A stretch of 32,000 bases of DNA, from contig JAIPHU010000007.1 in the NCBI GenBank assembly GCA_021735045.1, positions 24,583-56,582 of the forward strand. The letters run 5' to 3'. Within the stretch, counting starts at the first letter, position 1, and the number at the start of each line of letters is the position of its first letter. A model generated the notes under the pieces. It was not told the origin of the DNA. It did no database searches and saw only the letters and a program-made list of their open reading frames with translations. This document shows, piece by piece, positions 9,210 to 17,769 of the stretch. The translations under genes and the position numbers were made by a program. This DNA comes from Candidatus Omnitrophota bacterium (GTDB lineage Bacteria > Omnitrophota > Gorgyraeia > Duberdicusellales > 4484-171).

Positions 9210-10865
9210 TTATTCTTCTTCAGTCTTTTTAGGTTCTTTGGACTCTTTATCTTCTTGAGAATCTTGCTCTTTTGCTTCTTCGGGTTCTTTAAGTTCCTGG
9301 CCTTCTTTAGGCTCTTTCAGATCTTCAGTTTCTGCGGAAAGGCCGATCTTTGCTGTAGCTGGGTCAACTTTAATGATTTTGACATTAATCTTATCGCCAA
9401 CATTAATTTTATCCATATCTTCTTTTTCGATTTGACTAGAATAGATAAGCCCTTCTAGATCATCTTGTAATTTTACAAATACACCGAAATCAGATATTTT
9501 TACAACTTCAGCTTTGACAACCTTGCCTACCGGGAACTCTTCTGTGATCTTAGGCCAAGGATTTTCTTCTAATTGTTTTCTGCCTAAAATTACTTTCTTG
9601 TTTCTTCTATCCAGGCCTAAAACCTTCCATTGGTAACTATGTGATTTTTTTAGTTCAGAAGAAGTACGAGCAACCCTTTTAGTCCATGATATATCTTCGT
9701 TATAAATTACGCCCTCTATTCCGTTTTCTAACTCCACAAAAGCGCAACCATTTCCAAAACCTGAAACTTTACCCTTTACTGTACTGTCTATAGTAACCAA
9801 ATCCTCTATATCTTCCCAAGGATCTTTTTCTAGCTGTTTTATACTTAAGGATATTTTTCTTTGCTGGGGATCAACCCCTAAAACTTTAACTTCGATAGTA
9901 TCTCCAATAGCAAAAGCATCTTTTAGGTTAATAAACTTTTTAGTCCAAGATATTTCACTAATATGGACTAGCCCTTCAATGCCTTTTTCCAGCTCTACAA
10001 ACACCCCATAGTTTTGGATATTGGTGATTCTTCCCTTTACTACTGCACCTTCGGAATACTTTTGTTCTATTTGAGTCCAAGGATCAGGAGTCATTTGCTT
10101 TAGGCCTAAAGAAATTTTGTTGTTTTCTTTATCAAAGTCTAGAACAAGAACTTCAATCTCATCACCTACAGCTACTATCTCTGAAGGATGGGCAATCTTT
10201 TTCCAACTCATATCCGCTATATGGAGAAGTCCATCAACTCCGCCTAAATCAATAAATGCTCCAAAGTTAGTAATACTTTTAACTTTACCTTTGATAGTCT
10301 CGCCTTTTTTAATATTTTCCCAGACCTCTTTTCTAGATTCTTCTTTTTCCAGTTTTATTGCATCTCGGCGAGAAAGAATAAAATTCTTTTTCTGAGGGCT
10401 AATCTTTATAATTTGAAACTTAAATGTATTATCTGAAATTTCTTCTTCACTTAAACTTCTAAATGCAGAAAGGCTCCTAGGTAAAAACCCTTTAGCTCCA
10501 AAAACATCTATAATATAACCGCCTTTTACCTTATGATGAAGCTTACCTTCTACAATATCACCTTCACTTTTTTCTGTAGATAAAGTAATCCAGCCTCTCT
10601 TTTCTCTGGCCTTCTTATAGGAAAGGATTATCCTTCCTTCATCATCTTCTACATTTTCAACACTAACATCAATTTTTTGGCTAATCTTTAACTCTTGATC
10701 CCCGAATTCATCCCTTAAGATAATTCCTTCGGACTTATAGCCAACATCAACCATAACTTCCTTGGAGGTTAAAGCGATAATGGTGCCTTTTACGATTTGG
10801 CCCCTCTTTAACTCTTTAATTGAACTATAATATGCTTCTTTTAACTCTGTTGATACATCTGTCAC
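9210..10865 (-). CDS. rpsA: 30S ribosomal protein S1 (six S1 domains) with an acidic KE-rich C-terminal tail
   Basis: Repeated S1/OB motifs (G.V..I..FGAFV.L..GV.GL.H.S). GTG start 10 nt after AAGGAGG. Confidence 0.9.
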   Translation of the reverse strand: MTDVSTELKEAYYSSIKELKRGQIVKGTIIALTSKEVMVDVGYKSEGIILRDEFGDQELKISQKIDVSVENVEDDEGRIILSYKKAREKRGWITLSTEKSEGDIVEGKLHHKVKGGYIIDVFGAKGFLPRSLSAFRSLSEEEISDNTFKFQIIKISPQKKNFILSRRDAIKLEKEESRKEVWENIKKGETIKGKVKSITNFGAFIDLGGVDGLLHIADMSWKKIAHPSEIVAVGDEIEVLVLDFDKENNKISLGLKQMTPDPWTQIEQKYSEGAVVKGRITNIQNYGVFVELEKGIEGLVHISEISWTKKFINLKDAFAIGDTIEVKVLGVDPQQRKISLSIKQLEKDPWEDIEDLVTIDSTVKGKVSGFGNGCAFVELENGIEGVIYNEDISWTKRVARTSSELKKSHSYQWKVLGLDRRNKKVILGRKQLEENPWPKITEEFPVGKVVKAEVVKISDFGVFVKLQDDLEGLIYSSQIEKEDMDKINVGDKINVKIIKVDPATAKIGLSAETEDLKEPKEGQELKEPEEAKEQDSQEDKESKEPKKTEEE

Positions 10866-10906
10866 TAATAATCATCCTCCTTAATATAAGATTTTTGAGA
10901 ACCACA

Positions 10907-10935
10907 ATTATCTCTTATTTATCTAAATTTGTCAA
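10907..10935 (-). promoter_or_regulatory. Putative sigma70-type promoter for rpsA
   Basis: Minus strand reads TTGACA (10935-10930), a 17-nt spacer, then GATAAT (10912-10907), about 40 nt upstream of the rpsA start. Confidence 0.5.
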
Positions 10936-10954
10936 CAAAACAATTAATACTCTT

Positions 10955-11527
10955 TTATTTGATATTTTTTATAGTCTCAACTATTTTTTTGTTTATTTTA
11001 TCTGATTTTTCTGAAAAATCTATATTTTCGACTAATTTAAAAACTAATTTTACTGTTCTTCTTCTCGGAAAAACTTTACCTGGCGGTAATATTTGATCAG
11101 TTCCAAATATCCTTGCTGCGATAACCGGAACTTTTGCTTTTTTACAAAGAAAACCTGCCCCTTTCTGCGCATTTTCTAAGCCAGCTCCTCTACTACCTTC
11201 CGGAAATATCAAGATCGGTTTTTTGGCTAAAGTTTTTACTAAAGTTTTCATCGTCTGAAGGCTAATTTTTCCCCTCTCAACAGGAATTGTCCCCACTTTT
11301 TTAAAGTAAAAAGAGGATATTTTAGTCTTAAACAGTTCTTTTTTAGCAACAATAGCTAACTGGCGTGGACAAGCAGAAGATAAAAGCGGCGGATCCAAAT
11401 TACTAAGATGATTAGAGGCAAGAATAAAGCTTCCCCGCTGCGGGATAGAATCTCTGCCAATTACTTGCAAGCGAGAAAACCACTTAAAAAACAAAAAGCA
11501 TATGGTGGTAGAAATCTTATAAAGCAT
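10955..11527 (-). CDS. plsC: 1-acyl-sn-glycerol-3-phosphate acyltransferase
   Basis: NHLSNLDP (H-x4-D acyltransferase motif) and FPEGSRG. Overlaps the upstream gene by 11 nt. Confidence 0.8.
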   Translation of the reverse strand: MLYKISTTICFLFFKWFSRLQVIGRDSIPQRGSFILASNHLSNLDPPLLSSACPRQLAIVAKKELFKTKISSFYFKKVGTIPVERGKISLQTMKTLVKTLAKKPILIFPEGSRGAGLENAQKGAGFLCKKAKVPVIAARIFGTDQILPPGKVFPRRRTVKLVFKLVENIDFSEKSDKINKKIVETIKNIK

Positions 11528-12908
11528 CGATTATTTTTTTACCTTGCAAAATCAGTTCTTTAGCTTCTTTTTGCTTGCTGCTTTCAGCATAAACTCTTAC
11601 AATCGGCTCGGTGCCGGACTCTCTAAACATCAGCCAACAATCTTTAGCTATAATTTTTATTCCGTCTAACTTATTGACTCTTTTTACCTCTTTATTAGCT
11701 ATTTTTTTAGGTATTTTTAAGTTCTTTAAGCCATTTTTTAAATTTTTAACCGGTACAGCTATTCTTTGATAGTAGTATTTGCCATATTTCTTATAAAATT
11801 CTTCCAATAATTTATCGAAGCTCTTTTTGGTTTTAGCCATCATCTCCAAAAGTAGAAGGAAAGATACCGAGCCATCTCTTTCCGGAACATACCCAGCTAC
11901 GCCTACACCTCCTGCTTCTTCACCTCCGATATCAATAAGCTTTTGTTTAAAAAGTGTTGATAAATATTTAAAACCTACCGGGGTCTCATAACAGGCAATA
12001 TCTAAATCAACTGCTACTTTATCTATCACGTTACTACCGACAACAGTTTTGCCGATACCCTTTTTTGCCTTTCGGTTTTTTACCATATGGACTAAGAGCA
12101 AAGGTAAAATCACTTGGGCATTAACATAGTTACCTTTGCTGTCTACAACCGCCAGACGATCAGCATCCCCATCTAAGACCAGGCCAATATCATAGTTACC
12201 TTTTTTCATTTTTTTAAGCATAGACCCGATATTTTCTTCAGTTGGTTCAGGATGAATACCACCAAAAGAAGGATTGTGTTCATCATTTATATAATCTACT
12301 TTGACTTTGCTTTTTCCCAAAATTTCACTAACAAAATGATCACCTGATCCATACATGACATCTACTAGTACTTTAGCGTTCAACTTCCTAATTGCACTAA
12401 TGTTTAAGAAATCTTTTATAAATTTAAGATAAGGTTTAGTTAAATCTTTTATCTGTAGTTTATTTTTAGATTTTGCTTTTTTTACATCGATAGTTTTAGG
12501 TTTTCTCTTACCCAGTAAACTTTCAACTTTATTGGTAACTGCCTTGTCAGCTGAACCTCCACTTGAACTTTTAATCTTTAGGCCGTTAAATATAGCCGGA
12601 TTATGAGAAGCAGTAATCATTATCCCTAAATCAAACTTTTTATAAAGACAATGGAAACTTACTACAGGAGTAGGCACAGCCCGATCTGATACAGTTACTG
12701 TAATATTATTTGCAGCTAAAACCAACCCCACGGTTTCTGCAAACTCTTCTGATAAAAACCTCCGATCAAAACCAATAACTACTCTTTTTTTGCCTTTTTT
12801 TTCTTTTTTTAGGTAATCAGCAATAGCCTGAGACACTATCTCTAGATTATCAAAAGTAAAATCTTTAGCGATCACCGCTCGCCAACCATCTGTACCGAAT
12901 TTAATCAT
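11517..12908 (-). CDS. Phosphoglucomutase/phosphomannomutase family protein
   Basis: FGTDGWRA, TASHNP (phosphoserine loop), DGDADR (Mg site). I moved the start to the second ATG (MIKFGTDGWR) because GGAGG sits just upstream of it. The track start is 12920. Confidence 0.85.
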   Translation of the reverse strand: MIKFGTDGWRAVIAKDFTFDNLEIVSQAIADYLKKEKKGKKRVVIGFDRRFLSEEFAETVGLVLAANNITVTVSDRAVPTPVVSFHCLYKKFDLGIMITASHNPAIFNGLKIKSSSGGSADKAVTNKVESLLGKRKPKTIDVKKAKSKNKLQIKDLTKPYLKFIKDFLNISAIRKLNAKVLVDVMYGSGDHFVSEILGKSKVKVDYINDEHNPSFGGIHPEPTEENIGSMLKKMKKGNYDIGLVLDGDADRLAVVDSKGNYVNAQVILPLLLVHMVKNRKAKKGIGKTVVGSNVIDKVAVDLDIACYETPVGFKYLSTLFKQKLIDIGGEEAGGVGVAGYVPERDGSVSFLLLLEMMAKTKKSFDKLLEEFYKKYGKYYYQRIAVPVKNLKNGLKNLKIPKKIANKEVKRVNKLDGIKIIAKDCWLMFRESGTEPIVRVYAESSKQKEAKELILQGKKIIDAL

Positions 12909-13043
12909 TTTTCCTCCCATTAAAAATATTATGTATTGTCAAAAGTTTTTTATCCTATTTAGCTTTCGCGGCAAATGACAATTAATTATTACATTTCCTA
13001 ATAAATAACTGCTACAATCAATAGTATTATTTTAAACTGTCTT

Positions 13044-13610
13044 CTATATCCTTTTATAAATATTATTTCTTTTTATATATTTTTCTATCGCTTTCGGTGC
13101 TAAATACTTGATTGGTTTATTTTTTTTGATTCTGGCCCGGATTTGAGAAGAAGATACTCCGACTTGAGTTATATTAATCTTCTTAAATCCGTCCTCTATC
13201 TCTAAAGGAACTCCTTCTCTTAAAGCTACTACTATCTGAGATAATCTTTTTATTTTATCCGGTTGCTTCCATTTGTCAAAACTATTTGCTAAATCCGAAC
13301 CAATGATTAGATAAAAACTGTCTTCTGGATAGTTTCGATTAAGTTGTTCTAGGGTATCAACGGTATAAGAGATCCCTCTTCTTTTTAATTCTATATCTAA
13401 AACCTGGAACTTAGGGTTATCCTCGATAGCTAATTTGACCATCTCTAACCGTTGACCGGGGTCTAACTGATCTTTTTCTTTATGAGGAGATTTATTGGTG
13501 GGAATAAAGAAAACCTTATTTAGATTTAACTGATAAACAGCCTCTTGAGCTAAAATAAGATGCCCTATGTGGGGAGGATTAAATGTTCCTCCAAGTATTC
13601 CTATTTTCAT
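13044..13610 (-). CDS. nadD: Nicotinate-nucleotide adenylyltransferase
   Basis: GILGGTFNPPHIGHL and ISSSQIR-like (VSSSQIR) motifs. Confidence 0.9.
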   Translation of the reverse strand: MKIGILGGTFNPPHIGHLILAQEAVYQLNLNKVFFIPTNKSPHKEKDQLDPGQRLEMVKLAIEDNPKFQVLDIELKRRGISYTVDTLEQLNRNYPEDSFYLIIGSDLANSFDKWKQPDKIKRLSQIVVALREGVPLEIEDGFKKINITQVGVSSSQIRARIKKNKPIKYLAPKAIEKYIKRNNIYKRI

Positions 13611-13634
13611 ATGATTAATTGGTTAATGGTTTTT

Positions 13635-13664
13635 AGCATAGCGCAAAGTGCATAGCGCTTAGCG
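13635..13664. repeat. Left arm of an imperfect ~30-nt inverted repeat flanking the four-helix-bundle gene
   Basis: AGCATAGCGCA (13635-13645) is the exact reverse complement of 14070-14080. The inner 19 nt match 13/19 by eye. The segment is GC-rich (GCGC-containing) in AT-rich context. Confidence 0.65.
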
Positions 13665-13672
13665 TAAATATC

Positions 13673-14035
13673 TTACCTTAAAGATCTTTGCAAATTAGTG
13701 ATTTTTCGACACAAATGATCCAAATCTTCCTTAAATTCCTTTAATTCTTCATTATTTACTAATTTTCTTTTATTTAAAACAATTAAAACATTTACATTTT
13801 CAAATGCTGAGCGCCTAGCAATATTCAAAAACTGTATAAACTCCTTTTTTGAATTAGAACCTGACCCTTCTGCTATATTGTTTGATACAGAAAGTGCTGA
13901 CCCTCTAAGCTGCTCAGCAAACCTAAAAAGTTTTAATCTTTCTAATTTATCTGCAATATCAAATAACTTGGTTGATATTTCTATAGATAATTGCCATATT
14001 TCTAAATCTTCAAACCTAAATCTTGGACTATTCAT
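13673..14035 (-). CDS. Four-helix-bundle protein ('23S rRNA intervening-sequence protein' family)
   Basis: FEDLEIWQ...AEQLRGSALSVSNNIAEGSG..SKKEF..FL.IA.RS..E is the signature of this family. The track start is a GTG at 14053. I prefer the ATG at 14035 (MNSPRFRFEDLEIWQ), which leaves the right inverted repeat outside the CDS. Confidence 0.75.
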   Translation of the reverse strand: MNSPRFRFEDLEIWQLSIEISTKLFDIADKLERLKLFRFAEQLRGSALSVSNNIAEGSGSNSKKEFIQFLNIARRSAFENVNVLIVLNKRKLVNNEELKEFKEDLDHLCRKITNLQRSLR

Positions 14036-14050
14036 TTCTTTTACTTCTTT

Positions 14051-14080
14051 CACTTAGCGCTTTGCGCCCTGCGCTATGCT
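14051..14080. repeat. Right arm of the inverted repeat flanking the four-helix-bundle gene (overlaps the proA stop codon)
   Basis: CACTTAGCGCTTTGCGCCCTGCGCTATGCT. Its terminal 11 nt are perfectly complementary to 13635-13645. Confidence 0.65.
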
Positions 14081-15329
14081 ACTTACGGATTTGTCCGCTG
14101 CCTTTTCCTAACCATTTATAAGTAGTTAACTCCTCCAGCCCCATCGGACCGCGAGCATGAAGCTTATCAGTAGATATGCCAATTTCAGCCCCCAGCCCAA
14201 ATTGATAACCATCACTAAATCGAGTTGATAAATTATGGAAACAACAAGCAGAATCTACTTCTTTTAAAAATTTATCAGCCGCTTTTTTATCTTCAGTAAC
14301 TATGCAATCTGTATGATGAGAACCATATTTATTAATATGGGCTACTGCCTGATCCAGGTTGTCGACAACTTTAATTGACACAATTAAATCAAGATATTCA
14401 GTTTTCCAATCACTCTCTTTGGCTTTTTTTACATTTTTTATAATCTTTAACCCCTTATGGCCAACTCTAATCTCTACATTTTTTTCTTCTAATTTCTCCT
14501 TAAGCTGAGGTAAAAATTTAGCAGCACATTTTTTATTAACAAGAATAGTTTCAGCTGCATTACAGACTGAGGGACGCTGGACTTTAGCATTAATACAAAT
14601 TTTAAGAGCTTTAGATAAATCTGCATATTTATCTACATAAATATGGCACACCCCTTTATAATGTTTTATCACAGGAATTTTAGAACTTTCTGTAACTTTA
14701 CGAATCAAGGCTTCTCCGCCGCGGGGAATTACTAAATCAATATTTTTGTCTTGTTTAAACAACTCATCAGTTATGCTATAGTCAGGTTTTTTTATCACAA
14801 AAAAAGGTGAAAAATTTATCCCTACTTTAATTAAAGAACTATTTAAAGTGTCCCCAATTGCAATATTAGTTGCCATCGCTTTGCTACCACCTCTTAATAT
14901 TCCTATATTTGAGGTCTTAAACAAAAGGCCGATGCAGTCACTGGTTACATTAGGCCTTGCTTCATAAATAATTAAGACAACTCCCAAAGGAACCCTTACC
15001 TTCTGGACTTTCATCTTATTTGGCCTGACCTTAGTTAAAATAATTTTTCCTACAGGATCAGGTAACTTAGCAACTGCCCTCAGGGAGTCGCTCATTACTT
15101 TTATTCTTTTTGCATTAAGGGTAAGCCGGTCAATAAAACTTTGCGTTAAATTATCTTTTTTTGCCTTTTTTAAATCTTTTCTGTTTTCTGCTAAAATATA
15201 TTCTTTATTTTCAACTATTGCCTTAGCCATTGCTCTTAAAGCTTCATTTTTTTTACTAGTTGTAAGCCGTTGCAACAAAACAGATGCTTGTTTAAGCTGT
15301 TTGGTAATATTTTCTACATATTTACTCAT
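14079..15329 (-). CDS. proA: Gamma-glutamyl phosphate reductase
   Basis: Aldehyde-dehydrogenase fold with VCNAAETILV (catalytic Cys) and YGSHHTDCIVT. 416 aa. Confidence 0.9.
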   Translation of the reverse strand: MSKYVENITKQLKQASVLLQRLTTSKKNEALRAMAKAIVENKEYILAENRKDLKKAKKDNLTQSFIDRLTLNAKRIKVMSDSLRAVAKLPDPVGKIILTKVRPNKMKVQKVRVPLGVVLIIYEARPNVTSDCIGLLFKTSNIGILRGGSKAMATNIAIGDTLNSSLIKVGINFSPFFVIKKPDYSITDELFKQDKNIDLVIPRGGEALIRKVTESSKIPVIKHYKGVCHIYVDKYADLSKALKICINAKVQRPSVCNAAETILVNKKCAAKFLPQLKEKLEEKNVEIRVGHKGLKIIKNVKKAKESDWKTEYLDLIVSIKVVDNLDQAVAHINKYGSHHTDCIVTEDKKAADKFLKEVDSACCFHNLSTRFSDGYQFGLGAEIGISTDKLHARGPMGLEELTTYKWLGKGSGQIRK

Positions 15330-15333
15330 TTTA

Positions 15334-16674
15334 TTACTCCCCTATCCTTTCTAACAGGCCTTTAATACTATTTAGCAGCCTTTGCCTGCCTTGTTTTTGA
15401 GCTAAATCTTTTGCTTTAACAAAATTTTTTCTTGCTTTGGCAATATCTTCTGCTTCAAAATAGATCAATCCTATTTTAAAGTAAGTTTCAGCATCATCCG
15501 GGCTGTATTCGCTGCATTTTTTAAAATAAGTTATAGCTTTTTGATAGTCGCCAATAACTCCATAGGTCCACCCTAAATAACTATACGCTTTTTTATTATT
15601 TTGGTCTAGTTCTAAAATATTCCTATAGTAAGGAATAGCTTTTTGATATTTACCTAAATTAATATAGATCCTGCCAAGACTGAATAAAGTTTGTAAAGAA
15701 TCTGGTTTTATCTCTAAAATTTTTTCATATAGCTTGATAGCCTCTTGGCTTTTACCTTTTTCTAGATAAACAATAGCAAGATTATTATAGGCAGAAATAA
15801 ACCCGGAATCTAGTTCTAAAGCTTTTTGGTAATTATCTATAGCCTTGTTATAATTTTTCATTTTATAGTAAGAAAGGCCCAATAAATTATAAGCACCGCA
15901 GTTATCTGGTTTTATAATTATAAATTTATCCAAAAAATCTATAGCTTTTTTATATTGGCGATCCGAATAAAGTTCTTGGGCTTTATTAAAATAACTATCT
16001 GCTTTTATCATCAACCCTTTAAACTCCTCAAAATTAACTTTAACATCTTTAGTTATCTGTGGTTTTATATATTCTGCCGATAAAGCCAAGTTCATCGGCT
16101 GACAGCCCTGCGCCAAAGTAGTAACTATTGCTAACACTTTACCTTTTGAGTTTATAAGAGGGCTTCCCCTTGTTTCAAAAGAAACGGGAGCTTTAAATCG
16201 AAACCAATTTAAGCCTTGAAAATCTCTTACCTTAGAGATAATTCCTGAACTAAAATCATATTTTTTATCTTGATAACTTTCTAGACAATAGATAATATCA
16301 CCGGTTTGGCCAGCAAAAGAATCGGCAAATTCAACTGCATCTAGGCCCGAAGCATTGATTTTAAGTAAAACTAAGTTCTTTTTTAAACTGTAATATATTA
16401 AACCAGTTAGAGGATAAGTTATTCCTCCGCTAAATTCAACATTTACATCTTCAGCATTAATAATGGAACTATAGTTTGTTGCAATCACACCTGAAGAAGC
16501 TACTACAAATCCAGTACCTAGGCGTTTTTTTTCTCCTGAATTTTTGGTAACGATTGATACTATCGAGGGACTAATTTCTTGAAAAATCTCTTGGTCTGAT
16601 TTTAACTCTAGGGTTTGAGAAAAACCTAGAAAACAAAAAGAAAGGGCTGCTAAACCTACAACAAAACTTTTCAT
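15334..16674 (-). CDS. Secreted trypsin-fold (S1C/PF13365-like) domain with substituted catalytic triad, fused to ~6 TPR repeats
   Basis: Signal peptide MKSFVVGLAALSFCFLGFSQ. LGTGFVVASSGVIATNYSS aligns with GSGF....G.I.TN.HV. NLVLLKI aligns with DLALLKI, and TRGSPLIN with NSGGPL.N. A TPR region follows. The start is reset to the ATG at 16674, which forms an ATGA overlap with the proB stop. Confidence 0.6.
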   Translation of the reverse strand: MKSFVVGLAALSFCFLGFSQTLELKSDQEIFQEISPSIVSIVTKNSGEKKRLGTGFVVASSGVIATNYSSIINAEDVNVEFSGGITYPLTGLIYYSLKKNLVLLKINASGLDAVEFADSFAGQTGDIIYCLESYQDKKYDFSSGIISKVRDFQGLNWFRFKAPVSFETRGSPLINSKGKVLAIVTTLAQGCQPMNLALSAEYIKPQITKDVKVNFEEFKGLMIKADSYFNKAQELYSDRQYKKAIDFLDKFIIIKPDNCGAYNLLGLSYYKMKNYNKAIDNYQKALELDSGFISAYNNLAIVYLEKGKSQEAIKLYEKILEIKPDSLQTLFSLGRIYINLGKYQKAIPYYRNILELDQNNKKAYSYLGWTYGVIGDYQKAITYFKKCSEYSPDDAETYFKIGLIYFEAEDIAKARKNFVKAKDLAQKQGRQRLLNSIKGLLERIGE

Positions 16675-17759
16675 TTTAAACCTTTTTTTATAAATCTGTA
16701 GTAAGGATGATAAGACCAACCTGGAACAGATTTTACAAAATTATCACGGTGAATAACTTCTTTTTTAAGACGTTTCTTTTTACCGAGATCGTTCCAGTTA
16801 TAGTTAACTATACCGGTACCTATAATATTATTATTTTCATCTACAATGGCAACTGCATCTCCTTTTTGAAACCCTTGAGTTACCTCAGAGATACCCACGC
16901 TCAATAAACTTCTACCCTTATTTAATAAAGCTTCTTTAGCCCCTTTATCTACTACGATAGATCCTTTTATTTGCTTGCTGTCTATCCAGCGCTTACGAGA
17001 TTTTTTTCTATTTTTTACAGGCACAAAAAGAGTACCTATGTCTTTACCTTTAACCACATCAGAAATAACATTTTTTCTAAGCCCGGACACTATCTTGGTT
17101 TCTATTCCAGAAAGCGTAGCTTTTGTTGCTGCTTCTAGTTTTGTCTCCATACCTCCACTGGTATGAGTATTTGCCTGTTTTTCTACCAAGGCTTCAATTG
17201 TTTCATCTATTTTTTCTACCCGCTTTACTAATTCTTTTCCTTTAAATAACCCTTCTACATCAGAAAGTAAAATAAGCTGTTTTGCATCAATTAAATCTGC
17301 CACCAAAGCCGACAGATAATCATTATCTCCCCAACGAATTTCTTGGTGAGATACGACATCGTTTTCATTTACAATTGGAATAACTCCTAAGGAAAATAGT
17401 TTTCCCAGCGTTTTTTTAATATTTAAAAATCTCCTACGGTAGTTAAAATCGTCCCAGGTAAGAAGAACCTGTGCACAGCGGCCCTTATTCTGTTTAAAGT
17501 ATTTGTTAAATAGATCCATCAAAATAATTTGGCCAAAACTAGAAATAGCCATAAGAGAGTTAATATTATTAGGTTTTCGCCTATATCCTAAGGCTCCCAA
17601 CCCTGAAGCAACTGCTCCAGAAGTTACCAAAACAATATTAAACCCTAATTTTTTTACTTTAAAGATATCTTTAACCAGTGACCTTACTGTAGCTTGATTA
17701 ACCTTACCTAAAGGGGCAATAATACTGCTTCCGATTTTTACAACAATTGTTTTTCCCAT
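16671..17759 (-). CDS. proB: Glutamate 5-kinase with C-terminal PUA domain
   Basis: VVKIGSS, VTSGAV, GDND.LSA amino-acid-kinase motifs. PUA-like C-terminus (GAKEALLNKGRSLLSVGI). Confidence 0.9.
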   Translation of the reverse strand: MGKTIVVKIGSSIIAPLGKVNQATVRSLVKDIFKVKKLGFNIVLVTSGAVASGLGALGYRRKPNNINSLMAISSFGQIILMDLFNKYFKQNKGRCAQVLLTWDDFNYRRRFLNIKKTLGKLFSLGVIPIVNENDVVSHQEIRWGDNDYLSALVADLIDAKQLILLSDVEGLFKGKELVKRVEKIDETIEALVEKQANTHTSGGMETKLEAATKATLSGIETKIVSGLRKNVISDVVKGKDIGTLFVPVKNRKKSRKRWIDSKQIKGSIVVDKGAKEALLNKGRSLLSVGISEVTQGFQKGDAVAIVDENNNIIGTGIVNYNWNDLGKKKRLKKEVIHRDNFVKSVPGWSYHPYYRFIKKGLK

Positions 17760-17769
17760 CTTTTATTAA

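Noticed and set aside
12921-13043. Promoter or terminator in the 123-nt nadD-phosphohexomutase spacer
   Set aside because: A TTGACA hexamer is present, but no acceptable -10 lies at 15-19 nt. Only 4-5 bp AT-rich stems are found, so there is nothing I can support.
13673-14053. The four-helix-bundle ('23S rRNA IVS protein') gene as evidence of an rRNA operon or rRNA fragment
   Set aside because: The flanking sequence is proA and nadD coding DNA. Nothing resembling 23S rRNA is present, and this family is commonly found outside rRNA.
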